Positions 53,927-62,770 of a stretch of 64,000 nucleotides of DNA are shown here, piece after piece. Numbering within the stretch: the stretch's first letter is position 1; the number at the start of each line of letters is the position of its first letter. The translations under genes and the position numbers were made by a program. The notes under the pieces are model-generated. The model was not told the DNA's origin. It saw nothing but the letters and a program-made list of their open reading frames with translations, and searched no databases. The stretch is from Giardia intestinalis (Eukaryota), in NCBI GenBank assembly GCA_000002435.2, contig CM018792.1; one strand, given 5' to 3'.

Positions 53927-55273
53927 GTCTGCGGCCGCGAGCAGGACCCGCTGATGGCAATTTACTACCTAGGCCCGCAGGCGCTCGAGCCGACCGCAGA
54001 GTGCCAGCCCACCGGAGCACGGCGTGAAGCAGGTGGAGACGACAGAGGATCCTTCAAGACGCTTGATCTGCCGCAAACCGAAAACTCAATATGCTCCTGC
54101 AAGCTTCTGATAGCAATGTCTAGTTGCTTTAATACTGGCAATGCTTGACATGCTCTTTATGGTACAGGCTCCTTCGAGCTGAAAAGAGGATGCTAAACCT
54201 CTCAGTTTCTTCCTAGCAAAACAATCCGTAACAGTGACAAAGGTGTTGTACACGAGTACGGAATAACATATAATGGAACTCGCTACGGGTGCCTGAAGGA
54301 CTGTGCAGTGTTTAATGATGGGATATGGCTCCTGCAACCGTGACTTCTACCCGGAAGAGGGGGTACAAAACACATCGCGAGGCGAGCCCTGAGCTCGCTC
54401 TCTCAATAGGAGCCATCTGGCATCCTCATCGTCAGCACCGTGACAGTTGTCTTAGTCTAGCTTTTCGTTTTCGAAAGAGAGCTGAGCATCTATGGCTCTG
54501 TGGTTACTTGTATAAAGGTTTTAAAAAGTTGGTGACTGCAAATTAAGAAGTGCGATTATGGCTGTGGTTTTATAGATGTAAGTGAGCCTTATAATGTCTT
54601 TTATCCTAATAAAGTTCTGTGTGAGACTCCAGCACTATTCTGGGTAGTCAGTATGTCACTAGAGTGTTTTACATTGTTACGATTGTTATGCTTATGATCA
54701 GCACCATTGTCTTAGACAACGTCTTAAGGACTCTGAACTATACTGCTGCACTGTCATGGAGCCAGAAACATACTAGAGCAAACAAGAAGTAAGTAAAGGG
54801 GGACATTGAGTTTAGAGGCCATGCAATTGTAAGTGTTATTTCCTGCTCACTGAACGTGCACTGATAAACTAAACCACAACCCGTAGAGCAGACGAAACTG
54901 ATATCACTCTATCCACTAGATTAATTGTCTCGGACACCATCTCGATCTGCTTGTAGAGTAACATTTTGTGGCACGATAGCTCATTAAAGAGTGCATGGTA
55001 CATTTGTTAGATATGCATTCAAATAAAACACTAAAAGCATCTGCAAGATTAAAATGTGCTAATACTTTGGTCCCTTGTGAGAGCTCGTTTTTAATTCACC
55101 GATCAAGACCCAGATAAGCGAGAAACATATGAGCCTAAAAAATAAACTTGGGACGTTCTGTTCCCCTCTTTTCCTCCTCCAAGTTCTTTATCTCAGGTCA
55201 GATCCCAATTCTATAGCAATACCTATCTATACATCTGTACAGATAAATCATTTCGCTGTTCCTTTAAGACTGG

Positions 55274-56404
55274 ATGGCTGAATTTACGGAGATAATGGAT
55301 CTGCAACGTTGCGTTGAGGCATTTGGCAACGAGTTGGCCTCACCAATAAATCCTCTCACCTTCAAAAGCTTTCAAGGAGCCTTGCTTCTTAGTTATGCGT
55401 TTACTTGCTCGGCCAATTTCATTCCAGCTTGTACTCCTTCCCAGGGGGAATGCTCTCTGCCCTGGGCTGTTGTTATGCTGTTTTATAGCTGTGTCGAGAC
55501 ATCCACTATGTACTTAAACCGTGTACACAGCTTCTTTATCCAATACTTTCGAGACACTCGGGCCTTTTACGAGCTTGACATTAAGCATGATCCCTCGATC
55601 TATTTACAGTTTACAAACATATACCGAGGCGCCCGTGAATCCAAATATCTCACAGAGTTGCATCGGTATATAGAAGCCATTCAAGAGGACGAGGCGTGGA
55701 ATGACCTTTTGTTTCAAATATCATACACACCGTCCACGTCAATCCCCTGCTGCTACTTTGTTTTTGCTCTAGGCTGTCTTTGGGAATCCATAGCCGTTAA
55801 TGTGCACACCATTCTTCCGTTTTCAAATATGAAAGTAATCGATCTCAGGGTACACGGAGAACGGGATCTGTTATTGGCCAAGAGTATGCTTCAGACACCA
55901 CCAGGCGGACTCCAGGAAGACTTCGCGTACGGGCAAGAAGAACCATACAACCCCCTATTGCAAGCATGCCCCCTCCTGTTCTTGAAGGAGGGTGACGTAA
56001 AAACTCCACGCATCATTCAATTACTCACCGTAGTGCTCAAAATGATTAACCAGTTCGCACCTGCCCTGAGCCTTCATCGCAGAATAAACCGGTGTATCTT
56101 CAGACTAAGCTCCCTCAAGAAATTTCTACACGACAGCTATGAGCTATGCATAAGCGATACTTTTAGGCGCAAAATGGAAGTAAAGTTCGGCCTCTGTATC
56201 AACGCGGTGGAAAGCAGGAATCAAAAGAGATCAAAGTCTAATCGTCACAATGCAACAACCCACAAGTGGATAGGCAGTGCTCTCAAGACAGACATATACA
56301 AGAACCACTTGGAGTACCTCCCAGAGCTAGAGCGATTCATTACTGATGATTCGTGCGGACCTGCCTCGGTGCCGTCAAATCTCAGTTATAGCGAAGAAAC
56401 ATGA
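55274..56404 (+). CDS. hypothetical protein (376 aa)
   Basis: ATG start. No recognised motif. Its 3-prime end overlaps the convergent neighbour by 19 nt. Confidence 0.45.
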   Translation: MAEFTEIMDLQRCVEAFGNELASPINPLTFKSFQGALLLSYAFTCSANFIPACTPSQGECSLPWAVVMLFYSCVETSTMYLNRVHSFFIQYFRDTRAFYELDIKHDPSIYLQFTNIYRGARESKYLTELHRYIEAIQEDEAWNDLLFQISYTPSTSIPCCYFVFALGCLWESIAVNVHTILPFSNMKVIDLRVHGERDLLLAKSMLQTPPGGLQEDFAYGQEEPYNPLLQACPLLFLKEGDVKTPRIIQLLTVVLKMINQFAPALSLHRRINRCIFRLSSLKKFLHDSYELCISDTFRRKMEVKFGLCINAVESRNQKRSKSNRHNATTHKWIGSALKTDIYKNHLEYLPELERFITDDSCGPASVPSNLSYSEET

Positions 56405-57705
56405 CTTGCATCCAGGTTCCATCTTTTGGCAAACGCAGAATTATACTCTATTTTAGCTATAAAGTACGGCTGTCCACTTTGAAGTAGCATTCTGTCTTTG
56501 GAGCGCCTGGACTTAAACTGATTAGCCTCCACTGCAATGTACACTAGAGTGCTTTCGATCCATTTGAGAGAATTGGCGCAGTATCTGGAGGTACATATAC
56601 GCAGATTGTTTTCACAGTCCTCTCTTGTGATCTCATTGGTTAGCGCACTTAGGATGAAATTCTTGTGCACAGAGGGTACAGAAGATATGCGAATTTCTGA
56701 GGGAGATAAGATGTTCAATGCTCTATGGTTTATAGTGGGCAGATGCATAGTGCTTGCTGTTTCTGGCAAACCCTTTTGCTTTAGGTTATCGAAAAGTTGC
56801 AAACAGGACACGCCTCCAGCTTCCTTTGCCTGAGCATCCAATTTCCGTGTGGCCCAATTAGAGATTGTCCGGTAGCAATTGATATTTATCTTGCTTAGAG
56901 CGTTGCATGTATTCAATACGTGATTTCTCATTACATCGTGGATCATCACACTGCTAGTCCTGCTCATGTGTATTCCCACACGGGACATCTCTAGAGTCCG
57001 CATTGCGGTGGCTGCCAAGCTCCCGGCAACGACACCATTAAACGCCATATGTTCGATTGCCACATAGTACTTACCATCCTCTGGAGATTGCTGGCGTGCT
57101 CCACAGAGAATTACGTGTACAAAGAGGGCCCCAGGTATGGATGAGGGAAGACTCAAGCACTGCACCTCATCGGTGTTACTGATGGGAAAGGGGTCGGATT
57201 CATAGACATACCCGTTCTTCAGAAGAGGGGTGAACGACATATATAGCTTGACAAACTTAGGTGGATATGTGGGCGACCCTATGTGACTGGTTATCCGCTT
57301 GAGCTTAATGTATATGTGCCAAAGATAAGAGAGAGGAGGACATAGGGAGACTGTGAACAGTAAGATTCCTGTTGGCGTATCCATCGGTGAGGATATGAAG
57401 TACTTATCTGGACTGCTCAAAAGAACATACTCGACTTTGCTGTGCTTGGAAGACTTTGATTTTAGTGGGGAATAGATGCTCTTGGCAACGTTTTGCATGC
57501 TTCCTGCGTTCAACAGAAGACCGGAGATATTTGATATCGTGTCTAGATATTGCTCTGGGGCTACGATGGGGGCGGGCTCATCGGGCAAGTAGCAGAACCC
57601 ACCCTTCGTATAAGCCAGAAGCTTGCCTAGATATGCCAGTGCAACCTGGTGAGGGTGCTGCTGGCTGATTGTGCGGTACTGGTAGAGAAGGGGGTCAGCA
57701 GACAT
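56386..57705 (-). CDS. hypothetical protein (439 aa)
   Basis: ATG start. No recognised motif. Confidence 0.45.
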   Translation of the reverse strand: MSADPLLYQYRTISQQHPHQVALAYLGKLLAYTKGGFCYLPDEPAPIVAPEQYLDTISNISGLLLNAGSMQNVAKSIYSPLKSKSSKHSKVEYVLLSSPDKYFISSPMDTPTGILLFTVSLCPPLSYLWHIYIKLKRITSHIGSPTYPPKFVKLYMSFTPLLKNGYVYESDPFPISNTDEVQCLSLPSSIPGALFVHVILCGARQQSPEDGKYYVAIEHMAFNGVVAGSLAATAMRTLEMSRVGIHMSRTSSVMIHDVMRNHVLNTCNALSKININCYRTISNWATRKLDAQAKEAGGVSCLQLFDNLKQKGLPETASTMHLPTINHRALNILSPSEIRISSVPSVHKNFILSALTNEITREDCENNLRICTSRYCANSLKWIESTLVYIAVEANQFKSRRSKDRMLLQSGQPYFIAKIEYNSAFAKRWNLDASHVSSL

Positions 57706-57784
57706 GGCTTTTTTATTTACAGAGAAAAAGTAAACACCTTTTCCTCACAGACTGTGGACCCATCGACCCGCAGCACTCCACACA

Positions 57785-58306
57785 TCACTGCAAGTTTAGC
57801 TCATCGGTTCTATTTTCAATCTTTTCAGAAATGGTATCCAGAGTCTCTCGAAGAATGGCAGAGAACTCTCTGCTCAGCTGATCAAGTCTGTTTTTCAGGT
57901 CTAGTATCTCATTATCCTTACGCTGGATAAGCTCGTCCCGCTCTCGTAGGTCCGACTCTAACTGAATCTTCTCCTTGGCATTTTGCGCACGGACAACTTC
58001 TATCCCCCTTTCCCTATCGATAATGTCCTTAAGAAGCTCGTCCTGCATGCTTTTAAACTGACGAGTCATGTCTACAGCAACGTCGTGTCTGTCTGCACGC
58101 TCACGCTCTATGTCCGAGGAGAGCTGTTTCACCTGAGCTTCAAATATCCTTATTTCAGATATTAATCGTGCGTTTTCCTCTGTCTTCATTAGAATCTCTC
58201 GTTCCAAAGATTCAATGCGTGCAGCAGCTTGCTTAAGCTTTTCTTGCAGCTCAAACTCCTCCGCCTCTTGCTTCTTCTTGTCTCCTGCCCCAGATTTCGG
58301 TGGCAT
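57785..58306 (-). CDS. coiled-coil protein (173 aa)
   Basis: ATG start (cat at 58304-58306). The entire product is a heptad-repeat charged helix. Confidence 0.5.
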   Translation of the reverse strand: MPPKSGAGDKKKQEAEEFELQEKLKQAAARIESLEREILMKTEENARLISEIRIFEAQVKQLSSDIERERADRHDVAVDMTRQFKSMQDELLKDIIDRERGIEVVRAQNAKEKIQLESDLRERDELIQRKDNEILDLKNRLDQLSREFSAILRETLDTISEKIENRTDELNLQ

Positions 58307-58315
58307 TTTTTACTT

Positions 58316-58921
58316 ATGGAGACTACCGATTTAGCTCCCGCAAGTGACAGCTTTACCACAGCATATTTTGAGGGCCAGGATACCCTTGTTACTGTGTCCA
58401 TGCGAGGGACTATTCGCGAGACCATCAATCTTCTAAACCTTCAGATACACGGGCTTCATTGCTATCGAAGCGCAGAGGTTCCACTCTACCTTGCTCTGCA
58501 GCTCTTTGATACACAGCAGGCTACAATATGCATGCCAGAGTGGTTGAAACTGGATAGAACGCGCACTTATATCAATAATGAGATGGAGAACCCTGGTCTC
58601 CAGGAGTTACAGCCACACTTCTTTGAGGTTTCGAGAAGACTGCTTATAGTATTTCGAGAGCACCCCGACGAGCATGCATCTGCTGACCTTTCGGGAAGCG
58701 CCACACTGCTGGCAATTGAGTTCAATCTCAACAATCTCTTTGATATCCGTCGGCAGAAACTGAAGGACATCATCGACACAGCCATAGGAAACCGTCTGGC
58801 TCCAAATCTTACTAATGCCACCAAGTTCGAGCTGATTGGCTTAAACACTTACAAACAATTCTCAGACAGTTTCTCGGAAATTCACCACTTGTCCCTCTAT
58901 GACTCTGCAAACAGTGCCTAG
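58316..58921 (+). CDS. PSF2: GINS complex subunit Psf2 homolog
   Basis: The ORF track start at 58229 is TTG. The first ATG is at 58316 (METTDLAPAS...). Residues AYFEGQDTLVTV...HGLHCYRSAEVPLYLALQLFDTQQATICMPEWLKLD match the Psf2 pattern (EF..E...V.V......I.L..G..GP....VPLWLA..L.....C....P.W). Confidence 0.55.
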   Translation: METTDLAPASDSFTTAYFEGQDTLVTVSMRGTIRETINLLNLQIHGLHCYRSAEVPLYLALQLFDTQQATICMPEWLKLDRTRTYINNEMENPGLQELQPHFFEVSRRLLIVFREHPDEHASADLSGSATLLAIEFNLNNLFDIRRQKLKDIIDTAIGNRLAPNLTNATKFELIGLNTYKQFSDSFSEIHHLSLYDSANSA

Positions 58922-59061
58922 CCGTGTAGCCCTGATGCTACTTTGATTATACCAGCCCTGCTCTGTGTTTACTTGTTCTAAGTGCCGTGCGCACACTGAG
59001 AAAGACCTTGGCCCAAAGCTGTAACTTCAGCCCTAGCTCGCACCCCCGTGTCACCCCCGTA

Positions 59062-59751
59062 TCAAAATTCGTCCGACTCAATGAAGGGCACCAACTGGGA
59101 CGGCTGCTTGGGAGCCCACTGATGCAGATACTTTAGAAACCTGCGGTAAAGAAACCTTTTCTTCTCAAACTCTACAAATATGTCCTTATGGTGAAAATAT
59201 GCATGAGCCAGGATTCTGTATGATCGTCGCTCCAAGAAACTGTATGTTTTCTGTGCCTCCTGTACCATCTGCTTGTTTCCAGGAGGCAAAAAGTCAGCTG
59301 AGCAGTTCTTCACGAAGCTCGGCTCTCCCGAATCTAGAAGATGGGAACAATAACTAATTGCGCAACAATCCTGGGGGTCTGTGGAGTGCACTGTGCACAG
59401 AAACTTCCACTCTGCAGTGGCAAGCATGGTCGGGCACGTCTTGCTATCACAACTGTCTGCCAAATAGAAGAGCAAATGAGACATCTCCTGAAGAATCAGC
59501 CTCATGTTTTCATATCGCAAAATCTTCATGTTTATCGCTGAGCCCAAAGTGCGAAGCTCGAAGAAGAGATCCAGCTGATCAGGGCAAGCCCGGACGATGC
59601 TGTCCAGATAGTCCCTTATTCCCATCTGCATAACTCGGACGTCCGAAGTTGTGCCGACAACCTTGCTTAGTTTTAGTACCTTTCGTTCGTCATAATAGCT
59701 TGTGGGATAGGGTTGAGGATCTGGAAGGCCAGCCTCCACTACAAACTGCAT
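59062..59751 (-). CDS. MOB1: Mob1/phocein-family kinase-activator protein
   Basis: ATG start. Family blocks: CDSKTCPTMLATAEWKFLC, GEPSFVKNC...FLPPG, YRILAHAYFHHKDIF and RFLYRRFLKY. Confidence 0.7.
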   Translation of the reverse strand: MQFVVEAGLPDPQPYPTSYYDERKVLKLSKVVGTTSDVRVMQMGIRDYLDSIVRACPDQLDLFFELRTLGSAINMKILRYENMRLILQEMSHLLFYLADSCDSKTCPTMLATAEWKFLCTVHSTDPQDCCAISYCSHLLDSGEPSFVKNCSADFLPPGNKQMVQEAQKTYSFLERRSYRILAHAYFHHKDIFVEFEKKRFLYRRFLKYLHQWAPKQPSQLVPFIESDEF

Positions 59752-59894
59752 TTTGATTTTTCACTTTTCATCTTTCATTTTAGATTTAGTATCTTCCCTT
59801 TTTAATTAAAATTGCAAAAACAAAAACAAATCGCGGTTTGGCCCAGCCAGCTTATCTGACAGTTTAACCAAGTCGGATTTGAATATAAGTATCT

Positions 59895-60893
59895 ATGGAG
59901 CCGTCGCATGGGCCGAATCCAGAACTCTACAGAGTAACCGATCTTCATGTTGATCTCATCGAGAAATACAAGCAATCCAAGGGACTGGGAGAAAAGAAAA
60001 ATAAAGTTTACGCTGCGTTCAAGACACTCTATGAGCTCTTAGAAAGATCTCCCTACGAGACACAAACAGGCCTTCTTCACGATTTAGCCATCATGGTGGA
60101 CCTCCTATGTCTGGAGTCTGGCCTTCTTTCTGTCCGCAGCTCGTGCGAGCTATTCAAGGCCTTTGTTGTTCGAAAGATGGGAGAAGTGACGTCTCAAAAT
60201 ACATTACAAAAAGTCAAGCAAGAAATTCTGGCAGGTAGCCAAGCCGTCCTCCACAATCTTGAAATGGCACACGACAGAATTGCCGTCAATGCATTTCCAT
60301 ACATAGTTGATGGAAGCACTATTGGTATTTTCGGAGAGTCCTCATGTGTACTTTCAGTTCTGAAGTACGCTAGCACACGTAGGCGAAATTTGTCCGTTAT
60401 TATTATTGCAACTTTCACAATGCGAGCAGAGGACGCTACGTTTCTAGAGCTGGCTCGGGTTCTCTCTAGTCATAACGTTAACGTTATGATTATGTCCGAG
60501 GGCGCCCTTATTTCACGCATTCATAGTGTTTCTTTCTTCTTGCTCGGAGCAGATATGCTGAGCAAGAATGGAGGATTGGTTAACAACATAGGGACCAAGA
60601 ACATAGCAATCGTGGCAAAGTCGTATCGAAAGCCCATATACGTGGCCACAGAGACCGTTAAGTTCAGCAACATATACATGCTGACAAACGATGACATCCC
60701 CAAGACCGGTAGCAGGGCTCGGTACAGCATTGGTAATGAGTCTAAGCTGGTAGTTTCCCGTATGGGTATAGCTTTCGATGACTCCACACACGATCTCACA
60801 GAACCGGAGAATATTTCTCTTATCTTTACCGATGAAGGCGTACACACTCCTGAGTCTATGGCTGGGAGCATTATCAGAGCGCTCTACTCGTAA
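59895..60893 (+). CDS. eIF2B alpha/beta/delta-family protein (probably eIF2B alpha subunit)
   Basis: ATG start. The family core is present: IGIFGESSCVLSVLKYA...VIIIATFTMRAED...LGADMLSKNGGLVNNIGTKNIAIVAK...PIYVATETVKF. Confidence 0.65.
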   Translation: MEPSHGPNPELYRVTDLHVDLIEKYKQSKGLGEKKNKVYAAFKTLYELLERSPYETQTGLLHDLAIMVDLLCLESGLLSVRSSCELFKAFVVRKMGEVTSQNTLQKVKQEILAGSQAVLHNLEMAHDRIAVNAFPYIVDGSTIGIFGESSCVLSVLKYASTRRRNLSVIIIATFTMRAEDATFLELARVLSSHNVNVMIMSEGALISRIHSVSFFLLGADMLSKNGGLVNNIGTKNIAIVAKSYRKPIYVATETVKFSNIYMLTNDDIPKTGSRARYSIGNESKLVVSRMGIAFDDSTHDLTEPENISLIFTDEGVHTPESMAGSIIRALYS

Positions 60894-60931
60894 CTGTATG
60901 GCTATGGCTGTGAATTTTATTACTTTCACGT

Positions 60932-61468
60932 TTAGTAGATATCATTTATCACGACTTGGGCAGGTCTGATGACTGTGCCCTTATGGAGGAGACCAGGCTG
61001 CAGTGTTTCGCAAACAGTATTGGACGGAAGCGAAGAATCTTCTATGACACGAACAGCATTATGAAGACTAGAGTCGAACATATCTAGGCGATTGGGTGCT
61101 ATTCTTTGGGCTTCCAAAGTGTCTAGTACTTGATCAGCTAGGGAGTGGGTCGCAGCGATACTTTCTTGGATCTCGTGGAGATGTTTGGTAAGTGCCCCAC
61201 GAGACTTTGGATGGGATTTTGCTTGGGCATGTAATCCATCCACCGCATCTAGAATCTTAAGTAGTTCACGAAGGCACCGCTGCGTTGCTTCTATCCTTGC
61301 TTCTGCCACAGCATCTGCCTGGGCCTCTGCTGCGGATTGCCGTTCTGCCAAGAGAAGCTTGAGCTGCTGTTCAATGGTAGATGAAGATGGCTTCACAAGT
61401 CCTCTCATCAACCTCATAAGGACGCTAGTACCAGCCATACTCGAAGGACTAAGTGCAGAAAGCGCCAT
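60932..61468 (-). CDS. hypothetical helical protein (178 aa)
   Basis: ATG start. Ala/Leu/Gln-rich helices. No motif. Confidence 0.35.
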   Translation of the reverse strand: MALSALSPSSMAGTSVLMRLMRGLVKPSSSTIEQQLKLLLAERQSAAEAQADAVAEARIEATQRCLRELLKILDAVDGLHAQAKSHPKSRGALTKHLHEIQESIAATHSLADQVLDTLEAQRIAPNRLDMFDSSLHNAVRVIEDSSLPSNTVCETLQPGLLHKGTVIRPAQVVINDIY

Positions 61469-62436
61469 CTAGCCCTGAAAGCCTTTAATAATTATAAGGC
61501 TAGACTTTGGTTTCATGACGAGTTTTACGAAAGACCTAACCATAAACACTATAGCGCGTTTCTCATGAACCCCTTAGTGTCAAGGTAACATTGATGGTTC
61601 TGCTCGTTTCATTTTTCAAATCCAAACAATTCCATACAGAGTGTACTTTCTTCGGTGAAAGTGCGGCGAAAAATGGATTGCCTCATTGTCAAAGAGGTAA
61701 TTCCATGTCTTAGATAAGAGGATTATCTTTCTCTTTTTCTCAAGGAGCTCCTTAATGAACTGAATGTACTTTCAAGGTGGTGAGAAAAGACTGAAAGGCT
61801 GTTATCCTGCTTTCAGAGGACCTGGTTTGGTGTATATCGGTGACACATCACAGTTATGTTGAATAACACGGAGGTATCGATGAGTGGACGCACAAGGATT
61901 GAAGGCGATGAGCCACAGGGGCTTCTATGAACTGCTCACGGTGAGTGGAAGTACCGTAGATACCTTCGCTACGGTGGGCGGGCGGCTTGCAGGGTGGAAT
62001 TGGCAGCCTGGACGAATCAAGGGCGGCGGATATGTTGCCGTCTCATTCCATCAATAGCATGGTTGGCTTGCGAGATGGAAGCAGTGGCTGCGGCGAAGGC
62101 ACGTGAGGCGTCCAGATGAGGTGCGCAATGCAAGGGACATCAGCACTCCAACTGCGCAACCGGTCAGTGCAGGGCGGTCCGCGGCGTCGAGGTCTGTATG
62201 AGGTGCCATCGCGGACATCGCTGTAGTTGCTGTCATCGTCGTTGGGGAGCTTATTGGGTTCCTCTGCCGAGGCAGGGCGTAGACTTAGATAGTAAACGCG
62301 CCGACTGGTGCGGTGTCAGACTCTTCTGTGCTTAGTGTAGCTCCACGAACCACTGGACCTATGCACAGAGTCGTCTACTCAGCCGCAGCTGACAAGCTTA
62401 CTTTGCTGAAGTAAAGCAGGCTCCAAAGAAAATAAA

Positions 62437-62769
62437 ATGGGCCTCAAGTTTCTGACGACAATGAGCCAGTTGCATGACCACTATGCAAATAACCCGACAG
62501 AAGAATTTGCAGCCTTTGTGATATTTTCAGATGGCTACAATGCCACACCAATCGGAACTAACGAGGGGGAAGTCCTCGATTTATCTGATTTTACTCGTTA
62601 TGGGAATGGGGAGCCCAATACGACTTGCCTACTGATTGGCAACATGGAGAACCGGAGCGTCAGTATAATACCATTTGATAACGTCCCGTCCCTGGCTTCC
62701 ATCAATGAGTTCGCTGCTCTGACCACCATGGAGCAATTTCATTGTCTATTTGCAGGAATAGGAGGTTAA
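62437..62769 (+). CDS. small protein (110 aa), possibly roadblock/LC7- or longin-like fold
   Basis: ATG in an aaaATG context. There is a weak resemblance to roadblock (AAFVIFSDGYNATPIG compared with IIVVNTEGIPIKS). Confidence 0.35.
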   Translation: MGLKFLTTMSQLHDHYANNPTEEFAAFVIFSDGYNATPIGTNEGEVLDLSDFTRYGNGEPNTTCLLIGNMENRSVSIIPFDNVPSLASINEFAALTTMEQFHCLFAGIGG

Positions 62770-62770
62770 T

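Noticed and set aside
49800-54000. Interpretation of the GC island as a bacterial operon or contaminant contig
   Set aside because: There is no Shine-Dalgarno-like purine run before either ATG. The second ORF has a host-style AT-rich ttaaaATG initiator. The GC-rich composition starts seamlessly inside the continuous open frame of the cysteine-rich host-type gene, so it is not a simple chimeric join. This cannot be fully excluded without read-level data.
48431-54027. Numerous other overlapping ORFs in alternative frames of the GC-rich region (for example 48979..49506-, 49182..49757-, 49549..50022-, 50266..50814-, 51379..52350+, 51940..52839-, 52441..54027+, 53065..53424-)
   Set aside because: They are typical stop-poor alternative frames of high-GC DNA. 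The products are Arg/Pro/Gly/Ala-dominated. They lack the GC3 periodicity that singles out the 50021 and 52352 frame.
54086-54546. Small ORFs 54086..54337 (-) and 54325..54546 (+) in the spacer downstream of the GC island
   Set aside because: Each is under 85 codons with no coding-like periodicity or motif. They are surrounded by stops in all frames.
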